From assembly GCA_963665115.1 (NCBI GenBank), contig OY762007.1, positions 5,664,001 to 5,728,000 on the forward strand: a stretch of DNA of 64,000 nt, given 5' to 3'. Shown here one piece after another: positions 1 to 10,099 of the stretch. A model generated the notes under the pieces. That model had not been told where the DNA came from. It did not search any database and saw only the letters and a list, made by a program, of their open reading frames with translations. Both the position numbers and the translations under genes were made by a program. Position 1 is the stretch's first letter, and each line of letters starts with the position of its first letter. The stretch is from an uncultured Rivularia sp. Lineage in GTDB: Bacteria; Cyanobacteriota; Cyanobacteriia; Cyanobacteriales; Nostocaceae.

Positions 1-86
1 GATACCCGCTTTGCTAATCCTAGCGAAAATTATCATAGTTATATAATTTCACCAAAATGTAATTCCTGCCAAAAGGCTTATTCAAG

Positions 87-632
87 ATGTCTTTTCAATC
101 AATTCCAGAAATTTTAGAACGACTCCAAATTGAAGCTTTATACCAGCAACAGCCTTTACAACGGTTGCTTGATTGTTGGCAAGAAGTTGTGGGAAAAGTT
201 ATTGCCACTCATACCCAGCCAATATCTATTGAACGGGACGTTTTGTGGGTTGCGACTTCGGGGGCTGCTTGGGCGCAAAACTTAACTTTTGAACGCCACA
301 GATTGCTAAAAAAGCTAAACAAAATATTACCAACCCCCTTAGTAGATATACGTTTTTCTACCGCTCGTTGGCAGCCTACCAAAAAAAAATCCTCTACGCA
401 ACAAAATATTTCGTCCATAGAGCATCCAAGCTATTTAGGAAACAACGTAAATCAAAACCCGAATCTTCACTATCGACCCCTTTGCCCTCATACTGCTTTT
501 GCTAATTGGACTGAAACAATAAAAACGCGATATTTAGATTTACCCCTTTGCCCTAACTGTGAATCTCCCGCTCCCAAGGGAGAATTAGAACGCTGGGGTG
601 TTTGTTCGATTTGTGCTGCTAGGTCTTTTTGA
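87..632 (+). CDS. DUF721/DciA-family protein with C-terminal Zn ribbon
   Basis: W..VVG..IA.HT.P..I...VLWVATS.AAWAQ.L pattern; C-terminal CPNC...CSIC. Confidence 0.8.
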   Translation: MSFQSIPEILERLQIEALYQQQPLQRLLDCWQEVVGKVIATHTQPISIERDVLWVATSGAAWAQNLTFERHRLLKKLNKILPTPLVDIRFSTARWQPTKKKSSTQQNISSIEHPSYLGNNVNQNPNLHYRPLCPHTAFANWTETIKTRYLDLPLCPNCESPAPKGELERWGVCSICAARSF

Positions 633-1018
633 ATGGGGAGCAGAGAAACGTTAAAAGCATAATTGATAATTCATTGATAATTATCCCTCTTATCTTGACA
701 TCTGGGATAAACGAATTAGTTTGAGAAAGTACTCCTTAAAGCCGATTGTAGCTATGCTCCTAATAAGAAAGCAGGTTGATTAATCTCGATCCCTAGTTGG
801 TTTGGGCATGAAAGCAATCGGGTACTTTTCAATAAGTTTGTTGCTTTTTCGTTACAAAAAAATTGAAAAATATGACACAAACATAAAGAGATTATAAAGC
901 TATTTTATGATTGGGATCGTGAAAACTTATATAGACTCAAGGCTTTATCGGTTTATTCAGTATTTCTATCTAGGAGCAGAATAGGAGATGTAAATCAGTA
1001 GAGCATACGGCATTAAAA

Positions 1019-1315
1019 ATGAAAAGCATCCAAACCTTCACCTCAGCTTGCCGAAATTGTCGTCACTTCTCACCAGTTGGTCGGCGCGGAGGAAATTGTC
1101 ATCAACTGGGAGCGCCAGTACGTGGAAGTTGGAAAGCTTGCTCTTTGGCGGCTCCTCCCTTTGCGCCCTCATGGGAAACCTTGGAAGATGCTTGGATTTT
1201 GCCCGATGCTACCCCGTTGTTAGCCCATAGTTCTAAGAATTTAAAAAAAGAACGTGTAGAAGCATCAGTTGAGCAAGTATCTACACCCGTCAAAGCTGAA
1301 GCTTTATTGAGTTAA
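1019..1315 (+). CDS. Conserved cyanobacterial Cys-rich hypothetical protein
   Basis: SACRNCRHF..GRRGG.C.QLGAPVRGSWKAC motif; ATG start; 98 aa. Confidence 0.7.
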   Translation: MKSIQTFTSACRNCRHFSPVGRRGGNCHQLGAPVRGSWKACSLAAPPFAPSWETLEDAWILPDATPLLAHSSKNLKKERVEASVEQVSTPVKAEALLS

Positions 1316-1543
1316 ATTTTTGCGTGAGGAGAATTTTTCCCTTATTGGATAACTTGAACGGTTAATCAAGACAAAAATGTAGAGCAACTTTTAATTTAGA
1401 AATAATTTAACCGTTCTATACAAATAACGAATCGGTCTAGTTTATCTGAATGAAACGACCGAACAAGATTTTATATTTAAATAAAATTTGTTTTTAAAGT
1501 TTTTAAAATTTACTTGTGAGCAATTACTCACCCTTGCATTCAC

Positions 1544-1581
1544 AAAAAATTGCACCCGTACTTTGCTGGGGTGCAATTTTT
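1544..1581. terminator. Bidirectional intrinsic terminator-like hairpin
   Basis: AAAAAATTGCACCC...GGGTGCAATTTTT between convergent genes. Confidence 0.55.
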
Positions 1582-1717
1582 GTATTTATGACACGGGGGA
1601 AGAGGGGACAAGGAGACAAGGAGACAAGGAGAAAAATAATAATTATTAACTAATGACTCCTAACTCTTAACTCATAACTCCTAACTTTTAACTTTCAATC
1701 CAAAATCCAAAATTGAA

Positions 1718-2552
1718 TTAGGGCAGCCAAGGATATTGACGAAAATCTGGCTTGCGCTTTTCTAGAAATGCCTGCTTCCCTTCTGCTCCTTCTTCTGTCA
1801 TGTAGTAAAGCAACGTCGCATTACCAGCAAGTTCTTGTAAACCAGCTTGTCCGTCACAGTCGGCATTAAACGCAGCTTTTAAACAGCGAATCGCGATGGG
1901 GCTTTTTTCTAAAATTTCTTGTGCCCATTGAATACCTTCAGCTTCCAATTCTTCTACGGGCACTACCGTATTTACTAGCCCCATATCTAAAGCTTGTTGG
2001 GCGCTGTATTGACGACACAAAAACCAGATTTCACGAGCTTTTTTTTGTCCGACGCAGCGTGCTAAATAACTCGCACCAAAGCCACCGTCGAAACTACCAA
2101 CTTTTGGCCCAGTTTGTCCAAATACTGCATTGTCAGCAGCAATTGTTAAATCGCAAATTAAATGTAAAACGTGTCCGCCGCCGATCGCGTAACCTGCAAC
2201 CAAAGCAATTACTACCTTGGGCATGGAACGAATCAAACGCTGTAAATCCAATACATTTAAACGGGGAATCCCATCATCATCCACATAACCCGCTTTTCCC
2301 CGCACGCTTTGATCGCCACCCGAACAGAACGCATATTTACCGTCGGTATGAGGCCCCCGCACCAGTAAATAAAACTACCCCAATACTAGAATCTTCGCGG
2401 GCATCGCAAAAAGCTTGATAAAGTTCAAAAACGGTTTTAGGGCGGAAAGCATTGCGCTTGTGGGGACGGTTGATGGTGATTTTCGCAATACCATCGGCTT
2501 TATGATAAAAAATATCTTCGTAGGTTTTGGCAGTTTGCCAGTTGATTTGCAT
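1718..2552 (-). CDS. menB: 1,4-dihydroxy-2-naphthoyl-CoA synthase, split by an apparent +1 frameshift at 2354-2358
   Basis: ORFs 2337..2552 ([11 protein letters not shown]) and 1718..2362 ([15 protein letters not shown]) join in frame if one C of the C5 run is removed. Confidence 0.92.
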
Positions 2553-2754
2553 TCTCTGCTAATTGGTAATAGGTAATGGGTAATTGGTGATGGGATATTA
2601 ATTGACCCTAGCTTGAGAATTTTATCGTAATGTGGGGACTCAAGACTAATTTTTAATTGGTGTAAGTAAGTAGGTAGGCACATAATAAATCTATCTATGT
2701 AACGAAATTGGTATTATTGATAAAGTATAAAAAATACTAAAATGCTTTATAAGT

Positions 2755-5721
2755 ATGTCTAAATTAAAAGACTATTTAGCACCAATTTCCACAGTACTAA
2801 TTAATGGTGTTTTAGCTTACTTTATCAACCAATTACCAGGGATTCGACCAGATCCAGACAAGGGAATTACGGGTTTTTCAGATACATCAATATTTTTGTT
2901 TACAGCTATTTTTACTGCTGTACTTTGCATTCTTACTTTTTTAGAAAAAGAATCAGCACAAAAGTCAACAAGCAGCAATATAAATTCACAATCTCAAAAT
3001 ATAAAATCAAATTGGATTGGTGGATTTTTACTATTTTTAGTGGGTGCTGTAATCTACGGGCTGCTACAAGTTAATATAATTCCGCAAGAATCTAGGACTG
3101 AGTTTGGGAACATATCATTAATACTATGTGGCTTTGGTGCAATAATACCGAGTTTTTTGCTCATTCCAAAACGGTGGCAAAATATATTACTTTTACTGTG
3201 TTCTGGAATTGGAGTTTTTCTCACATTCCACTATTTCAAAGTAGCCAATTTAAATTCAGCATTTATATCTTTTAGTTTCACGTTAATTTCTATTATATTG
3301 CTGGCAGCGCGAGATTTTCTAGTGCAGATAATTAGAGATATTGCTCTATTTTGGGAAGAATTACAAAATCGGCAAGCAACCGAAATCAGTGAATTAATTA
3401 TCAGTAAATTAGAAGATTTAGCCTCACCTTTCAAGCGTAATTATTACAAAGCCTTAGAATATAAATGTCGAGATGATGAAACCAAAGGTTTAGATAACGA
3501 GTTTACTTTAGAATTACAAAAGGTATTTGTGCCTCTAAAAATAGCTGCTAACTACTCAGGTAATACAAAACAAGATATTATTCCTAGGTCACAGAATCAG
3601 TCTTCAGCAGAGACAAATGTTTGGGATTTTTTAGCCGCAAATAATAATAAATTAGTAATTTTAGGTAGACCAGGTTCTGGTAAAACTACATTGTTGAGAC
3701 ATTTGACGCTGATTTATGCTACCAAACAACAGCATAATATTAAACTAAAAGATAACCGCAAAGTACCGAAGTTAATTCCAGTTTTATTCTACCTGCGCGA
3801 TATACGCGACGAAATTATTAGTCAAAATCCAACTTTAGAGACATTAATCCAAGAAGATATTAAAAATTTCAAAATCAATAATCAAAATCTCATTCCACCA
3901 TCGAATTGGGTGGAGAATAAATTACAGCGAAACAAATTTCTCATCATGCTGGATGGGTTAGATGAAGTTGCAGATAAAAATCAGCGTCAGCAGGTTATAA
4001 CTTGGGTAGATAATCAAATGCAAAGCTACCAAGATACAGTTTTTATTCTTACTTCACGTCCCAATGGTTATAGAGAAGTACAATCACAAATAACAGTTGA
4101 TGAGTTAGAAGTTCAGCCATTTAATCGCGAACAAATTACAGACTTTTTGCAGCGCTGGTATTTACAAACCGAAATTAGAAGCCGTGCGGGACAATGCGAT
4201 GATGGAGTAAAACAAGTTGCGGAAGAACAAGCAAATAATTTAATAGAACGGATTGTTAATAGTCGTCCTTTAGTAGCGATGGCTGTAAATCCATTGTTAC
4301 TCAAAATGATTGCGACTGTTCACCGTCGGGGAAATGTGTTACCAGGGAAACGAGTCGAATTGTACAAAGAGATTTGTCAGATATTACTCGAAAAACGTCA
4401 ACGGGCAAAGAATATACCCGATGTATTGACTGCTTCGCAAAAAGAATCGGTTTTGCAGGAATTAGCATTAAAATTAATGCAAAACTATAAGCGAAGATTT
4501 ACATTAGCTGAAGCTGAAAATTGGATATCCGGGCAGTTAAAGACTTTACCCAATTTAAGCAATACTCAAGATTTTATTAAACATATTCGCGATGATTGCG
4601 GTTTGTTAGTCGAAAAAGAAATTGGAGAATATGAATTTGCTCACCTAAGTTTTCAGGAGTATTTAGCTGCGATTCAAATTAGTGAATTGAATCAAGAAAA
4701 TATATTAATTCAAAATATTGATAAAACTTGGTGGTCGGAAACAATTCGTTTATATGCCGCACAAGCAAAAGATGCAACTAATATTGTTGGTCTAATTATT
4801 TATATGCCTTTACCATCAATAAATACATTTTTAGTAATAGCAGATTATGAAGAGGAAGGTTGGCGAATTGATAAAGAAGTAAGAAAGGAATTAGTAAATA
4901 AACTTGATGCAGGTTTAGAATCAGATGATAGGTCGATATTTAAGTTAGCTGCTGAAGTAAAATTAGCACGACGCTTAAATAATTTGGTGCGGGTTGATGA
5001 AAACTTAGAGCAAGATAATAGTTATATCACTTGTGCAGAATATCAGTTATTTATAAACGATTCACAATATAATCCTCCACCGCATTGGCAGAATAAAATA
5101 TTTAAACCCGGAGATGCAAAAAAAGAGTTTATAGAAATAACTAACAGAGATGCAAATCGTTTTTCTATGTGGTTAACTGGAAAATATTTAAATCCTCAAT
5201 TAAGCCAATTAGAAACATTATATAAACCGTTAAAAGGAAATGATACATTTCGCTTAGCTAAGGTGAAATTACCATCTCTATATAGTCAACTGTCAAATGA
5301 CTTATATAAAAAAGAATGGCGAAAAGCCGATGAAGAGACTTTACGTGTAATGTTGCAAGTTGTTGGTAAAGAACAACAGACATATCTAACAGTAGAAGAT
5401 ATCGAAAAATTTTCTTGTGAAGACCTTTACACTATAAATGTATTGTGGGTGGTTTACAGTCAAGGACATTTTGGTTTTAGCGTTCATCAGGAAATTTACC
5501 AAAGTTTGGGGGACACTTTAGAATATGATGAACGAGTATGGAATAAGTTTGGCGATCGCGTTGGCTGGAAGAATGGAGGTTCTTGGTTAAGTCACGAAAA
5601 TATTACCTTTGACCTAAATGCTCAGCAGGGACATCTTCCCACGCTATTTGGGGGTTTTGATGCCGATGGTGGAATAGTTATCTCTTCTCTCGCGCAGAGA
5701 CTTGTAAACTGTAACATATAA
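2755..5721 (+). CDS. Multi-pass membrane NACHT (STAND) NTPase with C-terminal GUN4-like domain
   Basis: Several hydrophobic N-terminal helices; Walker A GRPGSGKT; Walker B LDGLDE; TSR, NPLLL and FAHLSFQEYLAA; C-terminal WRKADEET...GHFGFSV...FGDRVGW...GHLP. Confidence 0.85.
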   Translation: MSKLKDYLAPISTVLINGVLAYFINQLPGIRPDPDKGITGFSDTSIFLFTAIFTAVLCILTFLEKESAQKSTSSNINSQSQNIKSNWIGGFLLFLVGAVIYGLLQVNIIPQESRTEFGNISLILCGFGAIIPSFLLIPKRWQNILLLLCSGIGVFLTFHYFKVANLNSAFISFSFTLISIILLAARDFLVQIIRDIALFWEELQNRQATEISELIISKLEDLASPFKRNYYKALEYKCRDDETKGLDNEFTLELQKVFVPLKIAANYSGNTKQDIIPRSQNQSSAETNVWDFLAANNNKLVILGRPGSGKTTLLRHLTLIYATKQQHNIKLKDNRKVPKLIPVLFYLRDIRDEIISQNPTLETLIQEDIKNFKINNQNLIPPSNWVENKLQRNKFLIMLDGLDEVADKNQRQQVITWVDNQMQSYQDTVFILTSRPNGYREVQSQITVDELEVQPFNREQITDFLQRWYLQTEIRSRAGQCDDGVKQVAEEQANNLIERIVNSRPLVAMAVNPLLLKMIATVHRRGNVLPGKRVELYKEICQILLEKRQRAKNIPDVLTASQKESVLQELALKLMQNYKRRFTLAEAENWISGQLKTLPNLSNTQDFIKHIRDDCGLLVEKEIGEYEFAHLSFQEYLAAIQISELNQENILIQNIDKTWWSETIRLYAAQAKDATNIVGLIIYMPLPSINTFLVIADYEEEGWRIDKEVRKELVNKLDAGLESDDRSIFKLAAEVKLARRLNNLVRVDENLEQDNSYITCAEYQLFINDSQYNPPPHWQNKIFKPGDAKKEFIEITNRDANRFSMWLTGKYLNPQLSQLETLYKPLKGNDTFRLAKVKLPSLYSQLSNDLYKKEWRKADEETLRVMLQVVGKEQQTYLTVEDIEKFSCEDLYTINVLWVVYSQGHFGFSVHQEIYQSLGDTLEYDERVWNKFGDRVGWKNGGSWLSHENITFDLNAQQGHLPTLFGGFDADGGIVISSLAQRLVNCNI

Positions 5722-5781
5722 GCGCTTCAGTCTTTAATTCATATTTGTAAAATAGAATATTTTTACGTAAACATAAGCTTT

Positions 5782-5941
5782 TCAAAAATTCCACCATAGT
5801 TTAATTCTTCCACTTTGAGCAAGTGCAGAAACCCACTTCAAAATACCCAGCGTTTATCATTCGTTTTTCAAATTCGCTTGATGGTAGTGTTTTAGTAGTA
5901 AATGCAGTTAATCCCTGTATGGTGTGTTTATCAAGCGTCAT
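5782..5941 (-). pseudogene. Truncated small hypothetical gene (MTLDKHTIQGLTAFTTKTLPSSEFEKRMINAGYFEVG/SALAQSGRIKLWWNF*)
   Basis: AAGGA RBS and ATG at 5941; one extra T in GGTTTCT, then an early stop; resembles a small cyanobacterial protein family from memory. Confidence 0.45.
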
Positions 5942-5987
5942 AACTTCCTTGATAAGAAGTAAATATTTTATATCCCGGTAACACTAT

Positions 5988-6226
5988 CGCTTTTGTTATC
6001 AGGAAATTTAGCCCAAGTTTTAGAAGTATTGCAGCAAGGATTAAGTACGGTAGAACACCAAAATTTGGGAGCATCCCAATTTTGAATAAATACTTTATCC
6101 GACACCCTGTAAGGGTGCGGCTACAAAAACAAAGCCCACGAAGGTGGGCTTCGTAGTATTAGCCCCAGGCTTCTAGCCTGTAGGCTTTTTGCTAAATTGG
6201 GATGCTCCCAAAATTTTATCAAATAA
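5988..6226 (+). pseudogene. 3' remnant of a Uma2-family endonuclease gene, interrupted by a MITE
   Basis: Reads LLSGNLAQVLEVLQQGLSTVEHQN|FIK* once the 6067-6209 element and one duplication copy are removed; resembles the C-terminus of cyanobacterial Uma2 proteins. Confidence 0.6.
6067..6209. mobile_element. MITE with GGGAGCATCCCAATTT terminal inverted repeats, 7-bp target duplication and internal REP-like hairpins
   Basis: GGGAGCATCCCAATTT ... AAATTGGGATGCTCCC flanked by AAAATTT at 6060-6066 and 6210-6216. Confidence 0.85.
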
Positions 6227-6229
6227 CCT

Positions 6230-7669
6230 TTAACCTTTAACCTTTGACCTTTTACCTATATTCGTGCTTCCTAAAACAATAATCAACCCCGAAACAAAAA
6301 CTATCGGCACAACTGGTAAGAAACCAAAGGTAAAACTTGCTGGAATTATATTTAAAGCAAAACCGATTAATGCTGCTTCCCCTACAAGAATCGAAATAAT
6401 GCAGCTAACCGGATTGATATTTCTACCATACAAAGCGGCAATAACTGTGGGGAATAAAACAGTTAATCCGGTAAAAGATTGAGTGGCGATTACCGAAATT
6501 GTCGCTGGTGGATTGTAAGCAATAATTAAGCCAATAATCGCCAGAATTACAATTAATATTCTACCGACTAAAGTTTGTTCGCGAAGGGAAGCATTGGGAC
6601 GAAAATAAGAAATATATATATCCCTTGTCAGCATCGTACTTAATGCTAAAAGTTGTGAATCTAATGTTGACATAAATGCTGCTAATGCTCCCACCATTAC
6701 AAAAGAAGCTATCCAAACAGGTGTATATTCTGCCAACATCATTGGTAAAACTTGGTCTGTTGCTTTCCCTGCTAAATTAGGAAAGGGAATATGTGCCCAA
6801 ACCCCAATTAATACGGGACAAATAAACATTGTGGCGGTAATTATTGGATACAAAACCGCAGAAGCTTTTAGAGATGTAGGTGTTTTAGGAATATAAAACC
6901 GCATAAACATTTGGGGGAACATCGGTAAACTGAGAATCCACAAAACCATGTAGCTAAACCACTTGGATTTAGTAAAAAATTTATCTACACCCTGTCGGGA
7001 AAAAAGTTCTGGTAATTGTTCGTAAGCAGTGCGGTTGGCTTCCGTAATTCCTCCCAAACTATTAGCAATAGTTAATAGAGCTACAATCATCAATACAAAC
7101 ATTAAAATACCTTGCAAAACATCAGTTAATGCAACGCTTCGCATTCCACCCATAAATACATAAATGACAACTACAAACGTCAAAAGTATTGCTCCGAGAA
7201 AGTAAGGAATTTGTCCGTTTGTTAATCTTTCTAAAAGATATCCTCCACCAATAGGCTGCAAAGTTAAATAAGGCAATGTAAAAATCACCATTACCGCCAG
7301 AAATATTAGTTTAAGAGTTTGACTCCCCAAACGTTCAGCAATCAATTCCGAGGGAGTAATAAATCCTTTTTCTTTACCTAAAAGCCAAACTTTATAACCA
7401 ATAAAATAAAATGATATGGCTACAAGTGCGGTTCCGAATGCCATCATTGGATAATAGCTAACGCCTACACGATAGCCAGCACCAGCAAATCCTAAAAAAG
7501 TAAAAGCACTAAAATTAGTCGCAATTAGCGTGAAAAATAAAACAATACTGCCAATTTTACGGCTAGCAAGAAAATATTCTTGAGGTGTATTATTTTGTTT
7601 TTTAAGAGTAGCGATTCCTACACCCAAACTTAATAATAAATATGCTGCAATAAATAGATAGGTAATCAT
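6230..7669 (-). CDS. Sodium:solute symporter (PanF/PutP-like SSS family)
   Basis: Many TM helices; EYFLASR, ATNFSAFTFLGFAG, GGMRSVALTD, AAFMSTLDSQLL. Confidence 0.9.
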   Translation of the reverse strand: MITYLFIAAYLLLSLGVGIATLKKQNNTPQEYFLASRKIGSIVLFFTLIATNFSAFTFLGFAGAGYRVGVSYYPMMAFGTALVAISFYFIGYKVWLLGKEKGFITPSELIAERLGSQTLKLIFLAVMVIFTLPYLTLQPIGGGYLLERLTNGQIPYFLGAILLTFVVVIYVFMGGMRSVALTDVLQGILMFVLMIVALLTIANSLGGITEANRTAYEQLPELFSRQGVDKFFTKSKWFSYMVLWILSLPMFPQMFMRFYIPKTPTSLKASAVLYPIITATMFICPVLIGVWAHIPFPNLAGKATDQVLPMMLAEYTPVWIASFVMVGALAAFMSTLDSQLLALSTMLTRDIYISYFRPNASLREQTLVGRILIVILAIIGLIIAYNPPATISVIATQSFTGLTVLFPTVIAALYGRNINPVSCIISILVGEAALIGFALNIIPASFTFGFLPVVPIVFVSGLIIVLGSTNIGKRSKVKG

Positions 7670-7694
7670 ATTTTTTTACTTATGGCTATTTTAT

Positions 7695-7793
7695 CTAGTA
7701 CGGCTGTGGAAGTACCTTTTTGTAATATTCAAAAAGAACAAATTAAAAAACTTTTGAATGCCAGAATCCCCAACTTCCGCGCCCATTATACTA
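7695..7793. repeat. Degenerate inverted-repeat-bounded (MITE-like) element between the small membrane gene and the SSS gene
   Basis: TAGTACGGCTGTGGAAGT ... ACTTCCGCGCC...TACTA with internal ATTCAAAAAG/CTTTTGAAT stem. Confidence 0.4.
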
Positions 7794-8003
7794 ATTTGAT
7801 GGTGTTTTCCAAAAGTTGAGAGCAAATATTAACATCGTTAAAGAAATCAGAAGCTGTAAGCCGATAAAATATATCACCCAGGGAGGAAGATAAAAAACCG
7901 AAAATGATATTTCTGGTTTCCAATACCAAAAATCAAGAGAGAGAAAAAATATGATGCTAAACCAAAAAAACCAAAAATATGAACTCTTAAAAATATTCAT
8001 CAT
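7791..8003 (-). CDS. Small two-TM protein of the type found upstream of SSS transporters (DUF3311/DUF997-like)
   Basis: 70 aa, DFWYW...LPPW motif, directly upstream of the SSS gene. Confidence 0.7.
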   Translation of the reverse strand: MMNIFKSSYFWFFWFSIIFFLSLDFWYWKPEISFSVFYLPPWVIYFIGLQLLISLTMLIFALNFWKTPSN

Positions 8004-8082
8004 AGTTACCAGTTGTTCACCAGTCGAGTGTTGATCGTCAGTTAATAACTGTCAATAAATCAGTGTAATCCGCGTAATCCAT

Positions 8083-9853
8083 TTAATCCGTGTTCGTCAT
8101 CTTTCCTAAATTGTCTTTACGCCATTTCGCTGACTCTTTACGATTGGTGCGTATTTCTAATACCCGAATTCCTTTACTAGGTAATGGATTGAGCTTATTA
8201 ATTAACTCTTCCCAAGAAGTGATTGATTTATGTTCAACACCGTAAGTTTTACAAAGTTGAGCAAAGTCAATATTTTGTGGAGTTGCAAATAACTCTTCAA
8301 AAGGCGGTTCAAATTCTGAGATTGGCAGCATTTCAAAGATTCCACCGCCGTTGTTGTTAATTAATATTATTGTTAAATGTCCGACAAATTTGTTTCTAAT
8401 TAAAAAGCCGTTAGTATCGTGAAGTAATGCTAAGTCACCCGTTAACATGACGCTGCTTTTTTGACGATGAGCGATTCCTAAAGCAGTTGATAAAGTTCCA
8501 TCAATACCGTTTGCACCTCGGTTGAAAAATGGTTTGATGCCTAAATTATTCGGTTTCCAGAAAAATTCTACATCGCGCACTGGCATACTATTTGATATAA
8601 ACAAAGGCGTTTTCGGTGGTAAAACTTGAGAAAGCAACCAAGCAGCTTTACCTTCAAATAATTCCGTCTTTTCTGCCAAAGTTTGATCGATGTTTTCTCT
8701 CACCCTATTTTCAGCACTCAACCACATCTGAAGATAAGAATTTGTGATTTCATCTTCTCCTTGTCCCCTTTCCTTGTCCCCTTGTCTCCCCATCATCTCT
8801 TCCACATTCATCCGTAAATGAACCACCCTTCCATGCAAAGCATCAATATTCTGATTCGAGGGTTCAATTATCCAGCGTAGAGGATTGTTATCATTCAACC
8901 ATTTACGTAATACTTTGCTGGTAGGCATTTCCCCGATTTGGATTACTATTTCTGGGGTAATGGTTGCTAAATCATGCCTTCTTAAAATTGAATCGTAGGT
9001 GGAAACAATGTTCTTGTTGAGTGAAGCATGATTACGAATAGGTGATAATCCCTCTGCTAAAACAGGAAATTTTAAATAAGAGGCAAGTTGCGCGATCGCA
9101 CTACAATATTTCTGTGGTTGTTGCGGTTGAGCAACTCCAGCAATGATTATTCCTCGTTTGTCCAGCCATTCTTGAGGAATGGGTATTTGCTTGGGAGTTA
9201 TCGAATGTTGATATTTATCCGTAACTGCTGCAAAAAATTCTTCTGAGTTAAAGTTTGACTGTAATAATTCTAAAGTTGCTGCATTTAGATTATTTTCATC
9301 CTTAATTGGTGGTAATGGGTCGCGAAACGGTATATTTATATGTACGGCCCCAGAAACGGGATGAAGTGTTTGTTCGTAAGCGTATATCATCGTTTGTCGC
9401 AAATAAGCTAGCATTTCCATTGTTATAGAAGGTATTGCTAACTCTGCTTGCCAGTTTGGATAATTACCAAATAGTTTTAATTGGTCTATGGTTTGTCCGG
9501 AATGACAATTACGCAATTCCGCAGGTCTATCGGCAGTTAATAATAGTAAAGGTACGCGACTCAGATTTGCTTCCACAACTGCGGAATAAAAATTTGCTCC
9601 TGCGGTTCCCGAAGTGCAGACTACAGCTACAGGTAATCCCGTAGCTTTGGCTCTACCCAAAGCGAAGAAAGCAGCAGAACGTTCATCAAGAATCGGAATT
9701 ACTTCTATATCGGGACATTGAGCAAAAGCAACCGCAAGCGGAGTCGAACGAGAAACCCGGACAAATTACAGCACAATTTAAACCTAATCGTTGAAGCGTT
9801 TCGGTAAAAATAGAAGCCCAAAGTTCGTTAATATTTCTAAATCCAATCGGCAT
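8083..9853 (-). CDS. menD: SEPHCHC synthase, split by an apparent +1 frameshift at 9753-9755
   Basis: ICPG|SRSTPLA restored by removing one base; CTSGTAGANF, TADRP, NRGANGIDG, GDLALLHD, NNNGGGIF. Confidence 0.92.
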
Positions 9854-10012
9854 GGGAAAATAAATTAACAATTATCAATTATTAATGAGGCATTAGGCAT
9901 GGTAAAGAGTAGGAAGTAGGGAGTAGGGAGTAGGGAGTAGTGAGTTAGGAGTTAAAAGTAAACAGTAGTAAGTAGTTAATAATTTTCCCCATCTCCTTGT
10001 CCCCTTGTCTAC

Positions 10013-10055
10013 GGACACTTTCCTCAACGGGGGGAACCCCCGCACGGAAGTGTCC
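10013..10055. repeat. SDR-like small palindromic dispersed repeat, copy 1
   Basis: GGACACTTTCCTCAACGGGGGGAACCCCCGCACGGAAGTGTCC; related copies at 43222 and 59928. Confidence 0.7.
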
Positions 10056-10099
10056 TCCCCATCTCTCCCCATCACACAATCCCCCAATCTTCTCATCTT

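Noticed and set aside
1921..2418. 165-aa plus-strand ORF
   Set aside because: Antisense to menB with no recognisable motifs.
2664..2710. Possible IS/MITE end upstream of the NACHT gene (TAAGTAGGTAGGCACATAATAAAT)
   Set aside because: No matching inverted partner found nearby, so an element cannot be delimited.
2755..6230. Complete diversity-generating retroelement
   Set aside because: No reverse transcriptase, accessory gene or template repeat in the window; only a possible remote target is reported.
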